Assembly (NCBI GenBank): GCA_031411095.1
Contig: JANOAK010000006.1
Span: 11,342-75,341 of the forward strand
Reading direction: 5' to 3'
From: Flavobacteriales bacterium
Lineage (GTDB): Bacteria; Bacteroidota; Bacteroidia; Flavobacteriales_F; PHOS-HE28
DNA: 64,000 nucleotides
A program made the position numbers and the translations under genes. This document shows, in pieces, positions 30,401 to 40,727 of the stretch. Every line of letters starts with the position of its first letter. Position 1 is the stretch's first letter. The notes beneath the pieces were generated by a model, which made no database searches, was not told where the DNA came from, and saw only the letters and a list, made by a program, of their open reading frames with translations.

Positions 30401-33400
30401 CAGGTCAAAGGTGCCCGAGTGCGCCCCACCGTTCACGGTCCATGATCCGCCTGCGTCCGGCGTGCCGCCCAACTGGGCGAACAGATACACAGCTCCATCA
30501 CCGCTGCACAGGGCGAGCGTTCCGTCGGTACCCGGGTCCGCAGGCATCATCAGGGAAATGACCACCGTACTTGATGCACTCACACATGGCGGAGGCACCG
30601 TGATGTTGTACGTGTACGTGCCCGCCGGGTCGACCGATGGATCGATCATCCCCGGATGCGTTGCCCCGCCCGGAGCCGTCCACGTACCACCAGCATCCGG
30701 GCTTCCGTTGAGCAGGTTGAGCAAGGCCACGCCAGCATCGCTCGTACACAGCGTTGCATTACCGGGCAGGCCTGCATCCGGGTTGGTGGTCACATTCACC
30801 AGGACCGTTGCCGTTGCATTCGGACACGGTGCAGTGCCTTGCACGCTGTACGTGTACAGGCCGGGCACGCCGGAGGACGGATCGAACTGGCCATTGCTAA
30901 CGCCTCCGCCTGGTGCACTCCAAGTGCCGCCCGGATCCGGTGTGCCGGCCAAGTGTGGGAACAGGTCAGTCACTGGACTTGACCCGCAGAGCAGCACAGC
31001 GCCGTTCTGTCCGGCATCGGGCGCGGGAGTGATGGTGAGCATGACCTGCGCCGATGCCGCCGGGCAGGGTGTCGTTCCCGGTACTGTGTACGTGTATGCA
31101 CCATTCGATGCCGTGGCGGGATCGATCGTGCCGTTCATCTGGGAACCTCCAGGCGCGGTCCAACTTCCACCAGCGTCGGGTGTTCCTCCCAGCACCGACA
31201 TCAGGTCGGTGGGAGTCCCGGAGGAGCACAGTGTCAGACTTCCGTTGACACCGGGATCGGGAGGCATGATGACACTGACAATCACCACGGACTGATCGTT
31301 CGGACAGGGTGCAATACCTACGACCGTGTATGTGTATGCTCCGGGTGCATCGACCATCGGATCGAAGCTGTTGCCGTGCGCACTGCCGCCGGGTGCGGTC
31401 CACGTTCCTATAGCCCCCGGAGCGCCGGCGAGCGCCGTGAAGAGATCCATTGCAGCGCCCGTGCTGCACAAGGTCAAGGTGCCATCCCCTCCGGCCGATG
31501 GTGGTGTGTTCACGCCGACGACCACGGTGGCGTTGCTGTTCGGGCAAGGGGCGACACCAGCAACCGTGTAGGTGTATGTTCCGGCTGCACTGGCGCCGGG
31601 AACGAAGGAACCATTGAACGCGCCGCCTCCCGGCGCGGTCCACGTGCCACCTGCGGTCGGGCTACCTCCTAACTGTGGGAACAGAGGTGTCGTGTTCGAC
31701 GTGGTGCACAGCGTGATGGAGCTGTTCGTGCCCGCGTTCGGTGGCGTCTGCAGAAGCACCGTCACCGTGCTGCTTGCGCTTGTGCAAGGTGGTGGCACGG
31801 TGAGGGTGTACGTGTAGATCCCTGCGACATCCGATGCGGGGTTGAACGCCGCACTGTGCGGAGCACCTCCCGGAGCCGTCCACAAGCCTCCAGGATCCGG
31901 CGTGCCGCCAAGTGCGGCGAATAGATCCTCGTTCGCCCCCGTGGTGCACAGGACCAAGGCACCGTTCACGCCCGGGTCGGGTTCGCTGGTGACCGCGACG
32001 GTGACGGTCGCGCTCGCGTTCGGACAAGGAACCGCGGCGGTAACCGTGTACGTATAGCCACCGGCTCCGGACGTTCCCGGAATGAAGATCCCGCTGAACG
32101 CACCACCGCCCGGAGCCGTCCACGTGCCACCTCCGCTCGGACCGCCACCCAAGGCCGTGATCAGGGGAGTGGCACCACCGCTGATGCACAAGGTCAGTGC
32201 ACCGTCGGTTCCTGCGTTGGGCGGCTGTTGGATGGTCACGTTCACCACAGCGCTCTGACTGATACAGGGCGGCGGCACAGCGATGGAATAGGTGTACGGG
32301 CCGGCTGCATCAACAGCGGGATCGAACAGGTTGCCATGAGCGCCTCCGCCGGGAGAGGTCCATGTGCCTCCTGCATCCGGCGTACCGCCGAGCAAGGCGA
32401 ACAGGTCGGTGGCCGCGCCCGTGGCACAGATCACCAGTGCTCCGTTGGTGCCGGGGTCCGGTTCACTGACCACCGTGACGTTGACGGTGGAAATATCATT
32501 CGGACAAGGCGCAGTACCCGCAACCGTGTAGGTGTAGATGCCTGCCACGCTCGTGCCGGGGGTGTAGGTTCCTGTGCTCGCTCCACCACCCGGAGCTGTC
32601 CAAGCGCCAGCGAGGTCGGCAGATCCTCCCAACGAGTTGAAGAGCTGGACACCCGGGCTGGAGACACACAACGTGAGGCTGCCATCCACCCCTGCATCCG
32701 GTGGTTGCACCAACGTCACCATCACGGTCGCACTTACGCTGACACACGGAGGCGGAACCGTGATGGTGTACGTGTAAACACCAGCGACATCCGTAGCCGG
32801 GTCGAATGTGTTCGCTTGCGCCGCCCCGCCGGGAGCTGTCCACACTCCCCCTATATCCGGAGTTCCGCCCAGCGAGGCGAACAGATCGAATGCCGCGGCG
32901 TTCGCACAGACGGACACCGTTCCGTTCGTCCCTGGATCGGGAAGGTCCGAAACCGTGACCGTGACCGTTGCCAGGGCGCTGGGACATGGTGCAGTACCGG
33001 TAACTGTGTATGTGTAAATCCCCGGGGTGCTAGTGCCCGGTGCGAACGTCCCATTGCTCACGCCACCCCCCGGAGCCGTCCACGTTCCCCCCACATCCGG
33101 TGCGCCGCCCAGGTCTGCGAACAGGTCCGACGGAGGACTGCTGACACAGAGCAGGATCGACCCGTTCGTTCCAGCGTTCGGAGGTTGCTGGATGGTGACC
33201 GTCACCGTGGAACTCACGTTCACACACGGCGGAGGGACCGTCATCGTGTAGGTGTACACGCCGGCCACATTCACCGCAGGATCAAAGGGCATGAGCACGG
33301 ATGCTCCTCCCGGATCCGTCCACGTTCCGCCGGGATCGGGTGTGCCAGCCAGTGACGCGAAGAGGTCCACAGGTACAGCATTGGCACATAGCGACAGGGT

Positions 33401-36400
33401 GCCATTCAAGCCCGGATCCGGTAGTGCTGTTACGGCGACGGTCACCGTTGACAGGTCCAACGGGCATGGGGCCATACTCGGAACAGAGTAGGTGTAGATG
33501 CCCGGACTGTTGGTGCCTGGGGTGAAGGTCCCGTTGCTTACCGATCCGTCGGGGCCGGTCCACGTACCTCCTGCGTCCGGTGTGCCGCCCAATTCGTCGA
33601 ACAGTGGGATCACCGGGTTGGAAATGCATAAGGTGGTTGCCCCATCCAGGCCTGCGTTCGGCGGGTTGTTCTGTGTCACGGTCACCGTGGCCTGATCGTT
33701 CACGCAAGGCGCAGCAGCGTTGACGGTATAGGTGTAGGCGCCGGGTGCGCTCGTTCCTGGTGTGTACGTGCTCGTTGCTGCACCCCCACCGGGATCGGAC
33801 CAGCTCCCCCCACCGTTCGGTCCCCCGCCCAGGAGCGCGAAGAGATCGATCGTTGCCCCATTGGCGCAGACCGTGGTGGCCGCATCGGTGCCCGCGTTCA
33901 CTGGGTTGTTCTCCGTCACGGTCACCGTGGCTTGATCATTCACGCAAGGCGCAACCGCATTGACCGTATAGGTGTAGGCGCCGGGCGCGCTCGTTCCTGG
34001 TGTGTACGTGCTCGTTGCTGCACCCCCACCGGGATCGGACCAGCTCCCCCCACCGTTCGGTCCACCGACGAGGAGCGCGAAGAGATCGACACTTGCACCA
34101 TTGGCACAGACCACGGTGGCCGCATCGCTGCCCGCGTTCACTGGGTTGTTCTGCGTGACGGTCACGGAGGCCTGATCGTTCGAGCAAGGTGCTGTTGCGG
34201 GGATGGTATAGGTGTACATCCCTGGTGCGCTCGTGCCAGGGGTGTAGATGCTCGTTGCACCACCACCACTGGGTTCGGTCCATGAACCCCCAACATCCGG
34301 CCCGCCACCGAGCAGTGCGAAGAGATCAACGGTGCCTCCGTTATCGCATACGGTCGTAGCCCCATCGGTTCCCGCGTAGGGTGGTGCGCTCTCCGTGACC
34401 ACCACCGTTGACTGGTCGTTCGTGCAGGGAGCGATACCCGGTATCGTGTAGGTATACACACCGGATGCGTTGACGGCAGGATCGTACCAGCCGCTGAACG
34501 GTAGGTTGGAAGGGTCCGTCCACGTGCCGCCTGCCTGTGATCCGGTGATGAGCGTGCCCAGGTTGGTGGCCGCGTTGTTCGAACAGATCGCCAGAACACC
34601 ATCGGTGCCCGCGTTGGGCTGTGGGTTCACGGTCACCGTCACCGTACTGATATCATTACCGGGGCATGGCGCGACCCCGACGACCGAGTAGGTGTATACA
34701 CCGGGGGTGCTTGTTCCCGGAGTGAAGATGTCCGTGCTCGGCCCTCCGCCTGGCGCGGTCCAGGTGCCACTTGTGTTGGGACCGCCACCGAGCAGGGAGA
34801 ACAGGTTGACCGGAGGGGATGTGCTGCACAGCGTAATGGAAGCGTCCGTTCCAGCGTTCACGGGCGTGGTGATCGTCACGGTCACCGCGTCAGAACCCGT
34901 GCAATTGGGATGACCGACCTGCGACACCGTGAGGGTATACACCGTGGTGGACCCAGGAGTGGCCAAGGGGTCCGCGATGTTCGCATTGCTCAATCCAGTT
35001 GCAGGGGACCAGCTGTACGTGAACGCAGGGGGGGCACCACAGTCGGCAATGCCGTTCCATGTGACCCCATTGACGAATGGCGGGGTATCGGTGAAGGCCA
35101 CGGCACCGTTCATGTCGTACAAGGTGTACGAGTGTTCGTTGTTGAACAGGGCGCTGGGATGGTAGGTGATCTGAATGGGATCGCCATCCATCACCTGGAT
35201 CACCGCCGTACCATCCGTGCCATCCGCGAGGGTCCAATCCTGGGGGACCCCGTTCACCATGATCGTCAGCCAGGCCCCGTCCCAGCCGTCGCCAAAGGAG
35301 TCGAGCAGTTCCAAGGTGTATGCGCACGGCGGTGGCGGAAGGCCACCCGAAAGGACGATCCCGTTCAGTTGCGCGTTGCCGCCGGCACACATCTGTGCAT
35401 CGGGGCCGGCGTTCACCACGATGGGAGGCGCAATGGTGATATTGATCGTGGTGTCATATGTGCAGCCGAAGTTGTCCGTGGCGTGGTATACATAAGGGTA
35501 CGTGCCTGCGGCGGCCTGCTCAAGGCAGATGCTCTCGCAACCCGGCTGTGTGGAAGTGATGTTCGGCCCGGTCCACCACGTGCTGTCACATGCCACGCCG
35601 TATTGGGGGGTGTAGGAGATGATGTTCGCGTATAGCGCCGGATCGAGGTCCATGCTCCAATCGCAGAGGAAGCCATTGTCCAAGGCCCACATGTCGCAGA
35701 TGGTCAAGGTCCACAGACCGTTCAACTGCGATCCCAATAGACCGGTCAGGGGGAACAGGCTCTGGTAGGTGTCCGGAGGGAGGGTGTACCCCAGCCCGCC
35801 ATTGTTGGCGTTCGAGAACGCCGCCATGGTCCCATTGGGAGATGTGTTGGCGAAGCAGTACTGTTCACACGTGCCGGGCACCGGGATCACCTCATCATTG
35901 TCCACGGGTTGACCCATCCACGTCTCATTGGTGATCCCCTGCTGATGAAGGATCACGGATTGACCCGATGGGCTGGTGATGGTGATCACCAGGTCGCCCA
36001 ACCAGGTATGCTCGAAGTTCATGCACAGCCCCAGCAACTGGTTGATGTTGGTGAGCGTTGCCCCTGGGGCGAACTGGGTGAGGTATAGCTGTGCTTCGAA
36101 GCATGATCCCACGTCATCCGGGATGAACACCCCATCGCCGTATATGGCCTCCGGTACATCCTCATACTCCACGGCGTTCACCACGCCGTCCAGGCAGAGC
36201 GTTTCGCCTGCGCATCCCGAGGTGGACCCGCCCGTGCCTGTGAAGGTGGGGATGGTGCCCACCCATACCTGGAGGTCCAGCCGGTTCACGCTCGAGCATC
36301 CGGTGTACGTCGTTACCGTTAGTTGTACCGTGTGCACCCCGGGCGTATCGAACACATGGGAAGTGAGGCCGGTGGCCGTGGTCGCCGATGTGCCATCATC

Positions 36401-37060
36401 GAAATCCCACGCCCAAATGGTGATGTTGGTCCCTGGCTGTGATGTGGAACTGGTGCCGTTGAAGTTCACGGCTTCACCTACACAGATGCGGGCTGGTGCG
36501 GCCTGGCCCATCACAGCGGCTGCTACCGGCGGCACACACGGCACATAGCAATGGATCGAGCCCGCGAACACACCAGTGCCCGTGCTGTTCGAGTGCCAAA
36601 CGAAGGTGAGGCAGCCTGTGGGGTTGCCCGCACTGGCCGAGACCGTCTGCCCTTGTAACGTGTTCCCTGTGTACGACCCGAGCAGCGGAGCTCCGGTGGT
36701 GTTGCCATCGTAGATGGTGAGGTTGTCGATGGGAGCAGTCCCGGCCAACGATAAATTGAACGTGACGAAGGTGACCGAGATCAGCGATCCAGGAGCATCC
36801 GGACAGAGCGTGTAGGTCTCATCCTCATTGTTCGCGTAGCCTAAGGCCCCCTGCCCACCACTGTCCAGAAATGCCCCTACGCAGGTATTGTCCGAACCCC
36901 CGGTGATCAAGAAGGGTTGGGCTGTGGATTGAACGGCTCCAAGCAACAACGGGATCACGATCCCCCATGCCCTCAGCGGGGCTTGGACGAGTGTGATGCA
37001 GGAGCTCGACGCCTGTGCGGAGCGCGGGCCCTGACCGTTGTGGAACAGAGGTAAAGTCAC
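27401..37060 (-). CDS. Giant (3219 aa) SprB-like surface adhesin with type B T9SS CTD
   Basis: CUB-like DSGG head, PKD, proprotein-convertase P-like domain, DSFGDGW domain, 27 Ig-like repeats of about 80 aa, SprB-type repeats, PKD and VPNAFTPNGDG...IFDRWG...GHVTVVR. Exact start uncertain. Confidence 0.85.
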   Translation of the reverse strand: MTLPLFHNGQGPRSAQASSSCITLVQAPLRAWGIVIPLLLGAVQSTAQPFLITGGSDNTCVGAFLDSGGQGALGYANNEDETYTLCPDAPGSLISVTFVTFNLSLAGTAPIDNLTIYDGNTTGAPLLGSYTGNTLQGQTVSASAGNPTGCLTFVWHSNSTGTGVFAGSIHCYVPCVPPVAAAVMGQAAPARICVGEAVNFNGTSSTSQPGTNITIWAWDFDDGTSATTATGLTSHVFDTPGVHTVQLTVTTYTGCSSVNRLDLQVWVGTIPTFTGTGGSTSGCAGETLCLDGVVNAVEYEDVPEAIYGDGVFIPDDVGSCFEAQLYLTQFAPGATLTNINQLLGLCMNFEHTWLGDLVITITSPSGQSVILHQQGITNETWMGQPVDNDEVIPVPGTCEQYCFANTSPNGTMAAFSNANNGGLGYTLPPDTYQSLFPLTGLLGSQLNGLWTLTICDMWALDNGFLCDWSMDLDPALYANIISYTPQYGVACDSTWWTGPNITSTQPGCESICLEQAAAGTYPYVYHATDNFGCTYDTTINITIAPPIVVNAGPDAQMCAGGNAQLNGIVLSGGLPPPPCAYTLELLDSFGDGWDGAWLTIMVNGVPQDWTLADGTDGTAVIQVMDGDPIQITYHPSALFNNEHSYTLYDMNGAVAFTDTPPFVNGVTWNGIADCGAPPAFTYSWSPATGLSNANIADPLATPGSTTVYTLTVSQVGHPNCTGSDAVTVTITTPVNAGTDASITLCSTSPPVNLFSLLGGGPNTSGTWTAPGGGPSTDIFTPGTSTPGVYTYSVVGVAPCPGNDISTVTVTVNPQPNAGTDGVLAICSNNAATNLGTLITGSQAGGTWTDPSNLPFSGWYDPAVNASGVYTYTIPGIAPCTNDQSTVVVTESAPPYAGTDGATTVCDNGGTVDLFALLGGGPDVGGSWTEPSGGGATSIYTPGTSAPGMYTYTIPATAPCSNDQASVTVTQNNPVNAGSDAATVVCANGASVDLFALLVGGPNGGGSWSDPGGGAATSTYTPGTSAPGAYTYTVNAVAPCVNDQATVTVTENNPVNAGTDAATTVCANGATIDLFALLGGGPNGGGSWSDPGGGAATSTYTPGTSAPGAYTYTVNAAAPCVNDQATVTVTQNNPPNAGLDGATTLCISNPVIPLFDELGGTPDAGGTWTGPDGSVSNGTFTPGTNSPGIYTYSVPSMAPCPLDLSTVTVAVTALPDPGLNGTLSLCANAVPVDLFASLAGTPDPGGTWTDPGGASVLMPFDPAVNVAGVYTYTMTVPPPCVNVSSTVTVTIQQPPNAGTNGSILLCVSSPPSDLFADLGGAPDVGGTWTAPGGGVSNGTFAPGTSTPGIYTYTVTGTAPCPSALATVTVTVSDLPDPGTNGTVSVCANAAAFDLFASLGGTPDIGGVWTAPGGAAQANTFDPATDVAGVYTYTITVPPPCVSVSATVMVTLVQPPDAGVDGSLTLCVSSPGVQLFNSLGGSADLAGAWTAPGGGASTGTYTPGTSVAGIYTYTVAGTAPCPNDISTVNVTVVSEPDPGTNGALVICATGAATDLFALLGGTPDAGGTWTSPGGGAHGNLFDPAVDAAGPYTYSIAVPPPCISQSAVVNVTIQQPPNAGTDGALTLCISGGATPLITALGGGPSGGGTWTAPGGGAFSGIFIPGTSGAGGYTYTVTAAVPCPNASATVTVAVTSEPDPGVNGALVLCTTGANEDLFAALGGTPDPGGLWTAPGGAPHSAAFNPASDVAGIYTYTLTVPPPCTSASSTVTVLLQTPPNAGTNSSITLCTTSNTTPLFPQLGGSPTAGGTWTAPGGGAFNGSFVPGASAAGTYTYTVAGVAPCPNSNATVVVGVNTPPSAGGDGTLTLCSTGAAMDLFTALAGAPGAIGTWTAPGGSAHGNSFDPMVDAPGAYTYTVVGIAPCPNDQSVVIVSVIMPPDPGVNGSLTLCSSGTPTDLMSVLGGTPDAGGSWTAPGGSQMNGTIDPATASNGAYTYTVPGTTPCPAASAQVMLTITPAPDAGQNGAVLLCGSSPVTDLFPHLAGTPDPGGTWSAPGGGVSNGQFDPSSGVPGLYTYSVQGTAPCPNATATVLVNVTTNPDAGLPGNATLCTSDAGVALLNLLNGSPDAGGTWTAPGGATHPGMIDPSVDPAGTYTYNITVPPPCVSASSTVVISLMMPADPGTDGTLALCSGDGAVYLFAQLGGTPDAGGSWTVNGGAHSGTFDLSVDLAGTFTYTVASTAPCPAQSADVIVSVNDPPDPGTNGNVVACISGTPIDLFYQLGGTPAIGGTWNYLGASHAGLFDPSIDAAGDYAYTVLSTAPCPSASSIVSVTVVSSPDAGIDGAVTLCTSATAADLFTQLNGTPDAGGTWSGPSPIINGAFDPATMLAGDYTYSIDAPAPCPSASSHVVVTLMNPPDAGSDGTLTLCISSPASALFLQLGGTPALGGSWTDPLGQPHGPLFNPSTEPSGDYTYTVIGTAPCPSASAVVTMNVMSNPDPGTSSANTLCLGDAPLDLFAQLGGTPDVGGTWSGPSTITGGLFDPGSMSPGIYTYLIDVPPPCVSVSSTVTIALTAPPNAGLDGNALLCISSPTAQLNTYITGDPQPGGTWIDANGAPFSGSFVPGADQSGTFTYIVAGDWPCPADSVLVSIDVVDVTDPGESGALTLCQSDNDHDLFSLLEGDPDEGGTWSGPSTITNGIFDPGVMAGGVYTYLLDAPAPCLDTSSTVTVTVVAPPDAGADGANTLCATSDPFELFTVLTGSPEAGGTWTAPGGAAHTGTFTPGIDGAGSYVYTVQGAAPCPAAIASVNVTVIQPPNAGGDGQVILCFNAPAVDLFTALSNNPGTGGSWTDPNGAASSGTMDPATDDEGIYIYTVQGTAPCGNDQAQVDVIVGDPINATVAAADAVCQDACDGTAALSIVGGTPTYTMLWSANAAGNTAMSASGLCAGEYTVTVTDAGGCTGIATYVINEPPPLVINALTATDENCISSCDGSVTVTDAEGVLFSIDGGATWSIGPTLGQLCAGDYTVMMQDANGCMASAPATVMSPDPVLAAFYASPDTTSVSHPLVVFTNQTANAETFMWNFAGLGSSTEGNPSFIFPDVLGGTYSVCLTAINSNGCMDTVCHPVVVLDELFVNVPNAFTPNGDGLNEGFCPILNDPALAADYTFMIFDRWGLLIFESTTIHEKWNAKLNSVDVPEDVYVWKMHCRDIITKEVYDRIGHVTVVR
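28405..34864 (-). repeat. 27 tandem coding repeats of about 240 nt (80 aa)
   Basis: Unit P(N/D)(A/P)G..G...LC......LF..LGGTPD.GG.W..P.G....G.F.P.....G.YTYTV....PC...S..V.V.V; 27 counted in the translation. Confidence 0.9.
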
Positions 37061-37213
37061 GCCATGTGGTGGGTATGGTCGGCGTTACTGAAGACTGAGA
37101 ACAATGTATCGTCCTGACCAACCCGGCGAGGACGATTTGGACGAAGCAGTGGAATGGGTCGACGTAGCGGGTCTTCCCTTCGGCTGCCCGATCAGGCTAT
37201 GGAGGACCAGGGC

Positions 37214-40200
37214 TTAGCGGAGCACGGTCACATGTCCGAGCAACCGTACCGATTGACCGGTATAGGCCGATCGTGCATCCAGCCGCCAGGCGTAAACCCC
37301 GCTCTGCACAGGGCTTCCCGCGTGCGAGCCGTCCCAACTCTCCGATCGCTCCGTGCTCTCGAAGATCTTCTCGCCCCAACGATCGAAGATCATCAACCCG
37401 TAATCGTCGGTGGCGATGTCGCGTCCGAGAACGAAGAAGGCATCATTCACGCCATCGCCATCCGGCGTGAACGCATTGGGAATGAACACCAGGAATTGAT
37501 CGATGACCTCCACGTTCCGCACGGCCGTGTCCGCGCATCCCAGATAGTTGGTAACGATCAACTGCACCGGGTAGGTGTTACCCAGATCGGTGGGGAACAC
37601 GAACACGGGGTTGGCGGCCGTATCCTCACCCAGGCCGGCAAAGTCCCAGGTATAGCTGGTTGCAAAGGGTCCGGCCTGTTCCATGAACTGCACTTCGGGT
37701 TCGAGCACGCTGGGCGGCAGGGGCGACCAGGTGAATTCCGCGCTTGGAACTGCCGCCACCGTGATCATGTTCGCGATCGTAGTGTCGTCGTCGCAGCCGT
37801 TCGGCCAGTGCACCACTACGCTCACATCATATTGTCCGGGGTCCGTATAGCTGTGCCCCACGATGCCGGCCGGGCCGGGAATGACCAGGCCATCGCCGAA
37901 GTTCCAATCGACCGTTGCGCCGTTCGTGGTATCGATCACGTTGAACCGCACCGCGAAAGGGTCGCACCCCAGCGTTGTATCGGCGCTCAGCAGGAGCTCC
38001 GGAAGAGGTGTAACGGCGACCCAGGTGCAACGCGTGACATCCGGCGTTTCGCAGCCGTCCGTCAATGTGACGCATACCTGTTGTGAGGTATGCGTGTTGA
38101 TGGTATATGCAGGCTCGGTGGAGAAGCCCTGTCCCCAATCATACATCAGTTGACCATCGCCACCGTAGGCGCTGTCCGGCGCGAGGAGCAGGTCCACATC
38201 CGGGCAGGTGCTCGCCGAGTCCGTCAGCAGGAGTGCCAGCGGAGGATTGACAGCAACGTTCACGGACAATGTATCGCTCGTGCAGATGTTCGCGTCCGTC
38301 ACCCATACTTGATAGCTCGTTGTGGTCAGCGGAGCGGGGGAGAATGGGACTCCCGTGAACCCGGTGCTCCAACGAGGGGTGAGCTGCCCGGAACCACCGA
38401 TGGCATCCACCACAAGCGACGCGGAACCCGTGCGGCAGATCAAGGTGTCATCGCTCAGGAAGGTGATCTCCACCGGCGGCGGTTCGTTGATGAACGCTGT
38501 GATCGAATCCACGCAGCCGTTACCGTTCGCGCCTTCGCTGATCAGCACCTGATAGGTTCCACCTGATCCAAGGAATGTGTCACCGATGCTTGCATTCGTT
38601 GTGCGCACCACGTTGCCAGCGTCATCCGTCCAGACATAGTTCCACGGGCCGCCATTGCCTGTGGTGATGACCTCGATGCTACCAGAGCCATCGGCATGGC
38701 AGAGGGCGTCCACAATGACACTGTCGCTCTCCATGAACGTGATCGGGTTCACCAGCACACTGTCGCGCATGCCGCACAACGGATGACCCGCCGGCACAAC
38801 GGAGATCACATACCAGGTCGGTACCGCAGGGGTCGCCAGCGGGAAAGGGATGTTGGGGTTCGAAAGACCGGCTGATGGTGTCCACTGATATACCAGCACG
38901 CCCTGCGGAACGGGTGGTATTAGCGTTACCCCCAGCTGAACGGGGTCGCCGCATTCCGCGGGAAGGGTTGCCGTGGCCTCGATCACCGCTGCCGGGATCA
39001 CCGTGACGGTCAGTGTCGAATCGTAGGAACAGCCAAAGTTGTCGATCACCGTGAACGTGTATACGTGCGGCCCAACTGTCATTGGAAAGGCTGTGGTCAC
39101 TGTCGGGTCATTTGCATCCGGCGTTTGGTCGGTCCCTGACCAATACACGGAATCCGCGTCCGTTACATCCAGCACAGGGGAGTAGGCGGTCACATCCGGC
39201 AGGATCGACGGGTCGAACTGGATCGACCATGAACAGATGAAGCCATTGTCGATCTGCCAGAGGTCCGTAAAGGAAATGTTCCACGTGCCGTTGAGCGCAC
39301 TGCCCAACAGGTTGGAGAACGGTTGCAGGCTTTCATAGGTGCCCGCGGGCAAGGTCGTGCTGCCAGCATTGTCCACCCACGTGCCGTTCGTGGCCGCGGG
39401 GCTGAAGCAGTATTGGTAGCAAACGCCCTGCTGGGGGTTGCCCTCGTCGCCGATCACCGGTTCGCCCAGGTTGGTGCCTAATCCGCCTTGCTGGTGCAGC
39501 ACAACGGTCTCACCCGTGGGCGAGGTCAGTTCCAGCACGAAGTCGCCGATGAACGAATGCTCCATCTCGAAGCAGATCGAAACGAAGTCATCCGTGCTGG
39601 TCAGGGTCTGTCCCGGAGAGAACTGGTCGATGGTCAGTTCGCTGGTGAAGACCACACCGAACTGGTCCGGCAACAAGAGGCCCTCACCGAAGTCAACCAA
39701 GGGTTGGCCTGTCCACATCACGGCCTCCGCATCGGCATCCAACAACGCGGTTTCGCCCTGGCAGATGGTCTGCGGTTCCATGCCCGTGATCAGCGGAGTG
39801 GTGCTGATGAACACTTGCAGGTCGACCGCATTTGTGTTCACACAGCCATTGCCATCCTCCACGTGCAGCTGAACGATATGCTCCCCGGGCGCACCTTGAA
39901 AGACATGATCCACCACTGCGCCACTGGTGCTGTCGATCACGCCATCATCGAAGTCCCAGATGTATTGTACGATGGCCTGCCCCCCGGCCGCGGTCGATCC
40001 GCTGGCGTTGAAGCTGAGAGGCTCACCCTGGCAGATCATCGCGGGCGCGGCCTCGCTCATCACGGCCGCGGCGACCGGAGGTTCACATGGCACAGAGCAC
40101 GTGATGGCAAAGGCGATGGACCCGGTGCCTTGTTCGTTCGATGTGAACACCAACGTCAGGCACCCGCTGGTGTTGCCGAAGCTGGCTGATAGGATACCGG

Positions 40201-40549
40201 GCGATGCATTACCATCGAAGGTGCCGAGGACCGGCGATCCCGTATTGGGGCCGTCATACACCGTCAAGGCATCCTGGGGCGCACTTCCCGCAGTGGAAAG
40301 GTTGAATATCACCGTGTTCAGCGAGATGGCCAGGCCAGGCTGGTCCGGGCAGATGCTCACCGTCACGGCTTCGTTGTTACCGTACCCGGGGCCTCCTTCT
40401 CCGCCGCTGTCCAATAAGGCTCCGTTGCAGCTGAACACATTGCCGTCCGCCAGGGTGAAGACCTGCGCTTGTGCGGTCCAGTAATGGCCGGTGAGGAATA
40501 GCAGAACAATGAGGCGCCCCGCAAGAGACGCGACGCCTCGGCTTGCCAT
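37214..40549 (-). CDS. Adhesin paralog (CUB-like/PKD/P-domain) with type B T9SS CTD
   Basis: Same head as the giant gene; IPNAFTPDGDG...IFDRWG...GHVTVLR. Start probably ATG 40549 (ORF track 40687). Confidence 0.82.
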   Translation of the reverse strand: MASRGVASLAGRLIVLLFLTGHYWTAQAQVFTLADGNVFSCNGALLDSGGEGGPGYGNNEAVTVSICPDQPGLAISLNTVIFNLSTAGSAPQDALTVYDGPNTGSPVLGTFDGNASPGILSASFGNTSGCLTLVFTSNEQGTGSIAFAITCSVPCEPPVAAAVMSEAAPAMICQGEPLSFNASGSTAAGGQAIVQYIWDFDDGVIDSTSGAVVDHVFQGAPGEHIVQLHVEDGNGCVNTNAVDLQVFISTTPLITGMEPQTICQGETALLDADAEAVMWTGQPLVDFGEGLLLPDQFGVVFTSELTIDQFSPGQTLTSTDDFVSICFEMEHSFIGDFVLELTSPTGETVVLHQQGGLGTNLGEPVIGDEGNPQQGVCYQYCFSPAATNGTWVDNAGSTTLPAGTYESLQPFSNLLGSALNGTWNISFTDLWQIDNGFICSWSIQFDPSILPDVTAYSPVLDVTDADSVYWSGTDQTPDANDPTVTTAFPMTVGPHVYTFTVIDNFGCSYDSTLTVTVIPAAVIEATATLPAECGDPVQLGVTLIPPVPQGVLVYQWTPSAGLSNPNIPFPLATPAVPTWYVISVVPAGHPLCGMRDSVLVNPITFMESDSVIVDALCHADGSGSIEVITTGNGGPWNYVWTDDAGNVVRTTNASIGDTFLGSGGTYQVLISEGANGNGCVDSITAFINEPPPVEITFLSDDTLICRTGSASLVVDAIGGSGQLTPRWSTGFTGVPFSPAPLTTTSYQVWVTDANICTSDTLSVNVAVNPPLALLLTDSASTCPDVDLLLAPDSAYGGDGQLMYDWGQGFSTEPAYTINTHTSQQVCVTLTDGCETPDVTRCTWVAVTPLPELLLSADTTLGCDPFAVRFNVIDTTNGATVDWNFGDGLVIPGPAGIVGHSYTDPGQYDVSVVVHWPNGCDDDTTIANMITVAAVPSAEFTWSPLPPSVLEPEVQFMEQAGPFATSYTWDFAGLGEDTAANPVFVFPTDLGNTYPVQLIVTNYLGCADTAVRNVEVIDQFLVFIPNAFTPDGDGVNDAFFVLGRDIATDDYGLMIFDRWGEKIFESTERSESWDGSHAGSPVQSGVYAWRLDARSAYTGQSVRLLGHVTVLR

Positions 40550-40727
40550 GGTCCATGCTGGCCATGGGGCAGGGAACAGTCGGCCGCTCTTACACATGTC
40601 CACAGGAACATTGGAGCGCTGTACGTTTCGGAGCGATGCTCGCATAGCCCGGCAAAGGTCCAACACGATCAAGCTGTACGCCTGCATGAAGAGCCGCGCT
40701 GTTGGAATGCCTTCGTCAAGGAACCCC

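Noticed and set aside
28405-34864. Regular repeats that might be a CRISPR array
   Set aside because: The units are degenerate in-frame coding repeats of about 240 nt with no repeat-spacer structure, and there are no cas genes.
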